A stretch of DNA of 32,000 bases from Cylindrospermopsis raciborskii Cr2010 (GTDB lineage Bacteria; Cyanobacteriota; Cyanobacteriia; Cyanobacteriales; Nostocaceae): assembly GCF_003367075.2 (NCBI RefSeq), contig NZ_CP065936.1, positions 2,730,001-2,762,000 of the forward strand, written 5' to 3'. Below the pieces are notes generated by a model, which worked only from the letters and a program-made list of their open reading frames with translations, was not told the origin of the DNA and did not search any database. Shown one piece after another: positions 7,684 through 14,288 of this stretch. A program made the position numbers and the translations under genes. Numbering within the stretch: the stretch's first letter is position 1; each line of letters starts with the position of its first letter.

Positions 7684-9873
7684 TTATCTTTTTATAGCCA
7701 GTGAGTCACCCTCCCGTTTGTCTTTTAAATCACCATAATAACCTCTATAATAATAATATCCTCCATATCCGCTATCTTCACTGACACCATTGACCACCAT
7801 ACCTAAAACTGGCACTTTGGACTGGGCCAGTAACGAATTGGATGCTTTCACAGCTGAAGATTCTACCTGACCAGGGCGGACAACTAACAACACCCCATCT
7901 ACCAACTTGCCCACAATCAGTGCATCAGCTACAGCAGTTAGGGGTGGTGTGTCAATAATCACAAAGTCGTAGTCCTGGCGAGCTGCTGCGATTAAACTGG
8001 CCATGGATTGGGAATCTAATAGCTTAACTGGATTGGGCGGAACCTTACCAGCTGTTAAAACATGCACCGAGGATACATCCTGTAAGCAATTTTCCAGTTG
8101 TGTTTGGGCAACTAGCACGTTACTAAGTCCCACAAAGTTGGGCAGTCCCCACACTTTATGTTGACGGGGACGACGTAGATCCCCATCTACTATCAAGACT
8201 CTTTTGCCTAGATGGGATGCTGCTAGGGCTAAATTGGCTGATACAAAGGACTTACCTTCACCAGGAGAGGAACTGGTGAGTAAAATGACCCGCAATTCTT
8301 TATCCGTAGCAAAGCCCAGATTAGTTTGCAACATTTCAATGGATGTGCTAACAGGTGAATAGGGATTATCAAGAATCGGTAACTCTCTTTGATTTTCTTC
8401 CTGCTCTTGATTTTTCTGTCTTTTAGTGTTCTCGTACTGGGGAATGGTTCCCAACATGGGTAAATCTAGTATTCGATTTAACTCCTCAATATTCTTGACG
8501 GATTTATCCAAGGTTTCTAATAGTAGTGCTGTTCCCACACCCAAAACCAGACCTACAAGCGCCCCAATACCAATATTGAGTGCTGTTCTGGGGGAGATTG
8601 GTATTTCAGGAACTAACGCGCTGGATATGACCCTGGCATTACCAACATTTTGATTCTCCAGTACCTGAACTTCTTGTAATTGTTTTAATAATTGTTGATA
8701 AGTGCCTTGTGCTACCTGTAATTGTCTTTGCAGTTGCAGTTGTTGCTGCTCCAATCGAGGTAAGCTGTCTAAACGTCTTCTGTTAATGATAAATACACTC
8801 TGTAAAGCTTTAACCTGATTAGCTAGTGCTAGTCTTTCTACTTCCGATCTCACCAAATCTTGAGTTAGTCCTTGTTTTAACTCTCCTATTTGCAAGTTAC
8901 TCTGTTGTAAAACTTCCGCATTACCTATGGTTTGGGATACTCTCTCTTGCAATTGCTTTTTCAGGGCCTGTTCCTTGAGCTGCAAATTGACCACCTTGGG
9001 GTTGTCACTGGTATAGGTTGTTTCAGCTATAGCCAACTCCTGCTGGGTCTTCTGATATTCTGTCAGCACCTGCTGCACTCCTGGAATTTGACTGATGTTA
9101 CTGAGAGCGACTGCTTGCTGGGTACTCAGTTGTAACTCATTTTGTAGTGCTAATGATCTAGTAGAAGCTGCTGCCAATTGACCTTGGGCTTGGGTAATTA
9201 CCTCATCTATCTTACCCAGGGTTTCTATACCTACTTTAGCTTCCGCATCTAGGGCTACTACTCTATTAATTTCTTTAAACCGACGTAATTCCAGTTCTGC
9301 TTTAATAACTTGTTTTTCTATCCTTGGTAATTCCTGAGATAAGAATTTCCTTGCTGCTGTTGCTTCTGAACGATTGATGAGAATATTATTATCTAGGTAA
9401 TATTTCATTAGGGTGTTGACTGTATCCGCTGCTTCCTGGGGGTTTGTACTATTATAAGAAAGCTCCATTACGTCCGTACCCCGAATTGTTTGCAGTTTCA
9501 GTTGTTTCAGAAACCGGTCAATTTCTATGGGTTCACCTTTGGTATTTTTTATCCCTAGTTGATTAATAGTCTTTGTAATCAGAGGATGGGAACGAATCAC
9601 TTCCGCTTCTGTGTCTATAGGGTTACTATTATTTCCAAGTCCTCCTAGTTCTCCCACACTTGTGGCTAAACTTGTTAGGGAAGAAACTCCATCTTTTTTC
9701 TCAAACAGCAGTTTTCCCTTGGCTTGGTAAACTGGTTTCTGGGAATAAGTGTAGGAAATGGCAGCCCCCAACACTGAAGCTATAACAAGTAATATTACTA
9801 GCCAGCGCCGTTTAAGTATTAGCCAATATATCTGTAAATCAATTACATCTGTTTCCTCTTGGTTAATGGCCAT
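7684..9873 (-). CDS. Wzc/GumC-type polysaccharide co-polymerase with a bacterial tyrosine autokinase domain
   Basis: Two TM segments flank a long coiled-coil periplasmic region. The cytoplasmic P-loop kinase has Walker A SSSPGEGKS, Walker A-prime VLIVDGDLRRP and Walker B DFVIIDTPP. The C-terminal Tyr cluster is GYGGYYYYRGYYG. I place the start at ATG 9873 (MAINQEE...) because GGAG lies 5 nt upstream, and because the longer ORF to 9924 would run into the terminator U-tract. Confidence 0.85.
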   Translation of the reverse strand: MAINQEETDVIDLQIYWLILKRRWLVILLVIASVLGAAISYTYSQKPVYQAKGKLLFEKKDGVSSLTSLATSVGELGGLGNNSNPIDTEAEVIRSHPLITKTINQLGIKNTKGEPIEIDRFLKQLKLQTIRGTDVMELSYNSTNPQEAADTVNTLMKYYLDNNILINRSEATAARKFLSQELPRIEKQVIKAELELRRFKEINRVVALDAEAKVGIETLGKIDEVITQAQGQLAAASTRSLALQNELQLSTQQAVALSNISQIPGVQQVLTEYQKTQQELAIAETTYTSDNPKVVNLQLKEQALKKQLQERVSQTIGNAEVLQQSNLQIGELKQGLTQDLVRSEVERLALANQVKALQSVFIINRRRLDSLPRLEQQQLQLQRQLQVAQGTYQQLLKQLQEVQVLENQNVGNARVISSALVPEIPISPRTALNIGIGALVGLVLGVGTALLLETLDKSVKNIEELNRILDLPMLGTIPQYENTKRQKNQEQEENQRELPILDNPYSPVSTSIEMLQTNLGFATDKELRVILLTSSSPGEGKSFVSANLALAASHLGKRVLIVDGDLRRPRQHKVWGLPNFVGLSNVLVAQTQLENCLQDVSSVHVLTAGKVPPNPVKLLDSQSMASLIAAARQDYDFVIIDTPPLTAVADALIVGKLVDGVLLVVRPGQVESSAVKASNSLLAQSKVPVLGMVVNGVSEDSGYGGYYYYRGYYGDLKDKREGDSLAIKR

Positions 9874-9931
9874 ATAAACTCCAGTCGCAATAACAGGTTC
9901 TACCATAACACAAAATATTAGCACAACAAAA

Positions 9932-9955
9932 AGACCAGCTTCCCACAGCTGGTCT
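9932..9955 (-). terminator. Intrinsic (rho-independent) terminator on the minus strand
   Basis: A perfect 9-bp stem, AGACCAGCT (9932-9940) with AGCTGGTCT (9947-9955), and a 6-nt loop. On the minus strand it is followed immediately by TTTTTGTTGTG (complement of 9921-9931). Confidence 0.7.
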
Positions 9956-10085
9956 CAAGAATGTTGTTCGTTTTTTCTTCTTAGTAGAGTCAAACCAAAT
10001 TGCACGCGTCTAATATACAATGAGCAATGGTTAAACTGAACCGTTCGACGTAGTCAAAGACGTATTTTCCCGACTTTCTGTCATC

Positions 10086-10113
10086 AAGAATTGTAACAGA
10101 AGAATTGTAACAG
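10086..10113. repeat. Perfect tandem duplication of a 14-bp unit, AAGAATTGTAACAG x2
   Basis: 10086-10099 and 10100-10113 are identical. On the minus strand each unit contains TGTTACAAT, which is extended -10-like (TGnTAnAAT). Confidence 0.9.
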
Positions 10114-10147
10114 TCGGTACAGATTTTGGAAAACGGCAAGAAATTGC

Positions 10148-11344
10148 TCAGTCCTCATCGCTCGTATAAGAGTTTGATGTGGCATCTATATGCTCTTTTT
10201 TATAGATAGTTGTTTTAAAAAATGCGTTGGTACTCTCAAAGTTAGGTAGAAGAAGGTTTTGAGAACGATAAAATTTGATGATTTTAAATAGTCCTCTCCC
10301 CAATCTATCCATCAGACCATAATCTTTGAGCATTTGGGCAATCAGAGGATTGCGATAATAGGAAATTCCAGCTAAAGCTCTCTCTAAGCTCAGGGTGTTA
10401 GGTAAACTACCAGGGGAAAATATTTCCAGGCGATCGCCAAATAAAGACAGACGAATACGTTGACCGAAAATAGACCAGTCTCGGTGGGCAAAAGCATTAA
10501 CTAGTAGTTCTCTAATGACAAATGGTTGATAGTCAGGTAGGTCATGACGACGGGTTTCTTCTGGGTTAAAAATAGGAAGATGACGAGAATTTCTTCTGAC
10601 AAAGGATTCACTAACTTCTATAGCTTCAGGAATGGTTTCGGTTAAGGTTAAACTATCAATTATAGGAGAGGTAATATCATTACCACTAAAGGCATTTAAT
10701 TCAATTCCTGCTTGTGGTAATATTCTGGCTACTTGTCTGGAAAAAAAAAGACTTCCCCCAATGGTCAATCTTTCTTGTTCATCGATTATTTGTAGGTTAT
10801 ACCAGGTACGTGGGTTGTTCTCTTCTGCTGATAAATCTCTCATTTTTTGACAATAGTAACCCAGTCTTAATGGTTCTAGATCTATTATTCCCGTTCCGGG
10901 TAAGGAGGAAATCTCAAAGTGAAATTGTCCGCCATCTTGTAATAATCTGACCAATTCTTCTTGGGTTGGCTCAATGGCCACCGTACCCGCTCTAATATAA
11001 TAGCGATTTAGGGATTTTACCTTATAAGGTTTGCAGATACCCTTTTCAATTTCTATAACCACAATATATTTATCCTGATGAGGAATTGATATCAGTTCGG
11101 GAATTAATGGTGGTTGAATGTTATTGCGGCAAATTTGAATGATTCTCTCCATCAATTCCTGGGAATTTTCTACTCCTGAAATTTCGCCATTATCTTCCAC
11201 CCCCACGAATATTGTCCCACCCTTCATATTAGCAAATGCCACAATTTCTTTGGCTAAACTTTCATTGCGAAAGCCACCAGATTTAAACTCTACCCGGGAA
11301 TTTTCTCCCAGTTTAATTAGGTCTAAAAACCTACTAATAGACAT
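10148..11344 (-). CDS. Schlafen-like AlbA_2 (divergent AAA_4) N-terminal domain plus HATPase_c_4 C-terminal domain protein (usually annotated ATP-binding protein or putative transcriptional regulator)
   Basis: The N-terminus ENSRVEFKSGG...LAKEIVAFANMKGGTIFVGVEDNGEISGV is the AlbA_2 signature. The C-terminal block VIRELLVNAFAHRDWSIFGQRIRLSLFGDRLEIFSPGSLP...RNPLIAQML...GLMDRLGRGL is the HATPase_c_4 signature. The start is 4 nt after the rqcH stop. Confidence 0.75.
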   Translation of the reverse strand: MSISRFLDLIKLGENSRVEFKSGGFRNESLAKEIVAFANMKGGTIFVGVEDNGEISGVENSQELMERIIQICRNNIQPPLIPELISIPHQDKYIVVIEIEKGICKPYKVKSLNRYYIRAGTVAIEPTQEELVRLLQDGGQFHFEISSLPGTGIIDLEPLRLGYYCQKMRDLSAEENNPRTWYNLQIIDEQERLTIGGSLFFSRQVARILPQAGIELNAFSGNDITSPIIDSLTLTETIPEAIEVSESFVRRNSRHLPIFNPEETRRHDLPDYQPFVIRELLVNAFAHRDWSIFGQRIRLSLFGDRLEIFSPGSLPNTLSLERALAGISYYRNPLIAQMLKDYGLMDRLGRGLFKIIKFYRSQNLLLPNFESTNAFFKTTIYKKEHIDATSNSYTSDED

Positions 11345-11348
11345 ACTT

Positions 11349-13100
11349 CTATACTCCCTGCTGCAAGTGATTAATTACCTGACTAATTTTCCCTGGGTTA
11401 CCCCATATAATTTTCTCTTGCTTATAAATTACTAGTCCTGGCTTGGCACCTTTGGGTTTATATACTCTATTGGGTCGAGTATACACTACGGGAACCTGTT
11501 CGCTATGACGAGCGCGACTAAAATAGGCTGCTATGTTGGCTGTATATTTTAAATCCGCTTCTTCAGGAACTGTGCCAGGTGGCAATCTCAATAAAACATG
11601 ACTTCCGGGTATTTCCTGCGCGTGAAACCACAGGTCATAATCCCCTGCTACTCTAAATGTTAAATAATCATTCTGATGATTATTACGACCAATTAAAATT
11701 TCTAACCCACTGGGGGTGCGATAATGGTGAAAATTATGGCTGACTGTTTCACTCTGACTGGGACGACGATATTCTAATTCCTCTAAGTACTTTTGTTCTA
11801 TTAGTTCGTCTCTAATTTCTTCTATTGCTTCTAAATCTTCTTTTGTTTGATAACTATCTATTTGATTAATAGCAGCTTCTACTTGCTCTAGATACTCTAT
11901 TTCTCTATTTACTTCCAGTAGTAAAGGATATACTGCATTTCGGGCGCGTTTCAATTTCTGATGTTGTTTATAAAACCGTTGGGCATTTTGCACAGCATTT
12001 TTGTCCGCTTCCAGGACAATCCTCTGGGGTTGATCTGTCTCAAAGTCTGGAAGGATAATTTCTGTCATACCTGGTTGCCATTGATGCAAGTGCGCCATTA
12101 ACAAGTCAGCTTGCTGTTTGTACTTATCCGCATCCTCGGACTGTTCTAACCTATCCTTAAACGCTTTGGCTTTAGTATTTAATTTACCAAGAATATTTTG
12201 CAGTTTCTGGTTCAATTGATGGCGCAGTTGATAAAATCCTTGTTGATTAAGCTGCTGCGTATAATACTGATTAATGAGTTCTTGAATGTTCTCAACTGAT
12301 TGGATTTCACCCCATCCCATAACAGTATAACCTTGGTTTGTCCACCCCGGTTTAAAATTACCCTCCTCTAGCCTCCGTAACCACTCTTGCCATTTAGCAA
12401 ATAGTCTAGACCAGTCTTGATTAGTTAAACTGGTAGTGGTAGTTTCAGGAGATATGTGGGCTACTAATAACAGGGAGTCCAATAATGCAGCACTAACTCC
12501 ACTATAACTTTTCAATATTTGCTTTTTAATACTTCCTGGGACTAAACTTACCCTTTCTTGCCATCTGGCCTCAGTTTCCGTTAAATTTGGTATATTCCCG
12601 GTAAGTTTGGGCGGAATTTCGTAGGGTTGACCAGTTTGAATAGGACGAACACTAGATTGTTGTTGACTCACCTGATGAGCAGCAGTAATGATTTCATTTT
12701 TGGCATCGGTAAGAATAACATTACTGTACTTACCCATAATTTCCACATACAAATGATAAAGGGGCGATTCCCCTGGACGACGGGCAAATTTTAGGTCTAT
12801 TACCCTTTCCCAAGGGGCGATAAAGTCCATAGCTACTAGTGCTAACCCCCCTAACTGATGTACAAGCTGGTGGCTAAAGGTAAAAGTATCAGGAATACGT
12901 GGCGGCGGTTCGCCGATGCAAATACGAGTAGCTTGCGGATGCCATGATATATCTAGCCAGTCCCGCTTTTTCATGGTCCGCAGGGCCAGAGATATGGTGT
13001 GGCGATCGCGCTGGTAGACCTGTTCTGTACGAGCTGGTAGCCAGTTAGTTCTCAGTTGACTACAGATTGCGGTGAGGGTAGTGAAGTCGAGGGGTTGCAA
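11349..13100 (-). CDS. rqcH: NFACT-family ribosome quality control factor (RqcH / fibronectin-binding protein A-like, with DUF814)
   Basis: 583 aa. NFACT-N block ...LYHLYVEIMGKYSNVILTD..., a long central coiled coil, and a C-terminal NFACT-R/DUF814 block DLWFHAQEIPGSHVLLR. The first codon is TTG (13100-13098). There is no in-frame ATG near the conserved N-terminus. Confidence 0.85.
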   Translation of the reverse strand: MQPLDFTTLTAICSQLRTNWLPARTEQVYQRDRHTISLALRTMKKRDWLDISWHPQATRICIGEPPPRIPDTFTFSHQLVHQLGGLALVAMDFIAPWERVIDLKFARRPGESPLYHLYVEIMGKYSNVILTDAKNEIITAAHQVSQQQSSVRPIQTGQPYEIPPKLTGNIPNLTETEARWQERVSLVPGSIKKQILKSYSGVSAALLDSLLLVAHISPETTTTSLTNQDWSRLFAKWQEWLRRLEEGNFKPGWTNQGYTVMGWGEIQSVENIQELINQYYTQQLNQQGFYQLRHQLNQKLQNILGKLNTKAKAFKDRLEQSEDADKYKQQADLLMAHLHQWQPGMTEIILPDFETDQPQRIVLEADKNAVQNAQRFYKQHQKLKRARNAVYPLLLEVNREIEYLEQVEAAINQIDSYQTKEDLEAIEEIRDELIEQKYLEELEYRRPSQSETVSHNFHHYRTPSGLEILIGRNNHQNDYLTFRVAGDYDLWFHAQEIPGSHVLLRLPPGTVPEEADLKYTANIAAYFSRARHSEQVPVVYTRPNRVYKPKGAKPGLVIYKQEKIIWGNPGKISQVINHLQQGV

Positions 13101-13112
13101 AATAGTTAGAGA

Positions 13113-13385
13113 TTATCCCCAAGGTGAGGGAATAGCTGTGGTGGATAAGATTTTACTGGCCATCAGTCTAATTGCAGTTTTACCACAATTGGGACAGGGA
13201 ACTTCTAAGAACTGTGAGGATGTGATATCTACCTCACTCAAAATCCCTTGTCTACAATGCCAGCATTCAAATATGACCCTACTAACTGGTTGATTACAAT
13301 CCAGTACTTTGATATGTTGTGAAGGGGTTGGTTGGGTTGATATTTTTCTGGGCTTAGGCAGTTGTTTAATTTCTTGGGTTTCCAT
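13113..13385 (-). CDS. Small zinc-ribbon protein (hypothetical)
   Basis: 90 aa with two CxxC knuckles (ECWHCRQG and PCPNCGK) 23 residues apart. It ends 12 nt upstream of rqcH and in the same frame. There is no obvious SD, so coding status is not certain. Confidence 0.45.
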   Translation of the reverse strand: METQEIKQLPKPRKISTQPTPSQHIKVLDCNQPVSRVIFECWHCRQGILSEVDITSSQFLEVPCPNCGKTAIRLMASKILSTTAIPSPWG

Positions 13386-13625
13386 ATTTTTGCTTGTGCG
13401 TTAGCTGTATCCGATAGGTACACGCGCTTATTTTTTGGTTGTGTAACTCAACCTAAGTTGAACTACTGGTAAAATCATATTACAGCAACTGTTGAGTTGT
13501 CAACTTTGTTGGTTCTGCTCATTTCCATATTCCGCCTAATTTACATGGAAAAGATAGATATAGCCCATACAAATATTAGTTGTTGCATGGACTTGATTAA
13601 CTTACCCCACTTCCCAAAGATAGGT

Positions 13626-14117
13626 TTACGGAGCAGTAGCAGTTAACATCTGCTTGATTTTTGTTAGCTGTTCAGCCCAGCGGGGATCGGGACGAATTGC
13701 ATCCGTATCAACTGATGTTGTACTTTCCACAGGTGACCCACCACGCTTGGATTTTTTGGAACTTTTTTCACGACGACTCTGTTTGTTGGTGCTGGGAACT
13801 GGAGCTGGTGTACTAGAAGATTGTAGAACTGGTTTGGGGGTTTGCTCCTCACCCTCTTCACCTTTGGTTCTAGGTAATGCCTTTTCTAGTTTAATGGCCG
13901 CATCCTTGAACATTTGACCATTATATTTTTCGATAATTTGGTCTGCTTGGTCGTCATTGTTAACTGTCAAGAAGCCAAAACCACGACACTTACCTGTTTT
14001 TCTGTCTTTTATTAGTTTGGTAGTAACTGCATCACCCTCAGCAGCAAATACAGCTTGCAACTCTTGACGGTCAATTTCTTCTTTGGGTAAATTACCTATA
14101 TACAGACGAACGGACAT
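13626..14117 (-). CDS. RRM-type RNA-binding protein with a long non-glycine C-terminal tail
   Basis: RNP2 LYIGNL, RNP1 KCRGFGFLTV and a strong SD (GGAGGA) upstream of the ATG. The C-terminal 80 aa are rich in S/T/P/K and end with PDPRWAEQLTKIKQML. Confidence 0.85.
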   Translation of the reverse strand: MSVRLYIGNLPKEEIDRQELQAVFAAEGDAVTTKLIKDRKTGKCRGFGFLTVNNDDQADQIIEKYNGQMFKDAAIKLEKALPRTKGEEGEEQTPKPVLQSSSTPAPVPSTNKQSRREKSSKKSKRGGSPVESTTSVDTDAIRPDPRWAEQLTKIKQMLTATAP

Positions 14118-14288
14118 GAATTTTTCCTCCGAGGTTTACATGAAAGTGAGAAAAGAAAAGTATTGACTTTTGGCTCTTACATAGGCTCTTATATAAATGC
14201 TACTAATAAAATCGCCGCAAACCAATTTTTTTAATCCCATCTGTTAAACTATAGTTTCAAACGACATGAATACATGCTTCCAAAGTTT

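Noticed and set aside
9874-9924. A longer N-terminus for the Wzc-like protein (MLIFCVMVEPVIATGVY...) as given in the ORF track.
   Set aside because: The extension overlaps the terminator U-tract and is not preceded by an SD. ATG 9873 has GGAG 5 nt upstream and gives a typical cytoplasmic N-terminus before TM1.
10106-10121. A perfect TGTA-N8-TACA palindrome, matching the NtcA (GTAN8TAC) or CRP-family consensus, upstream of the wzc-like gene.
   Set aside because: I am not calling it an NtcA-activated promoter. The nearest TAN3T boxes on the minus strand overlap the site or lie 11 nt after it, not the canonical 22 nt or so. Half of the palindrome is created by the tandem duplication. It is kept only as a testable detail in the intergenic-region finding.
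13386-13625. A 240-nt intergenic region checked for a tRNA, a known sRNA or a strong terminator downstream of the RRM gene.
   Set aside because: I found only weak hairpins (for example the CCATGCAA/TTGTATGG stem on the minus strand, and the GGTTG/CAACC stem flanked by a T-run on the wrong side). There is no cloverleaf and no motif I recognise.
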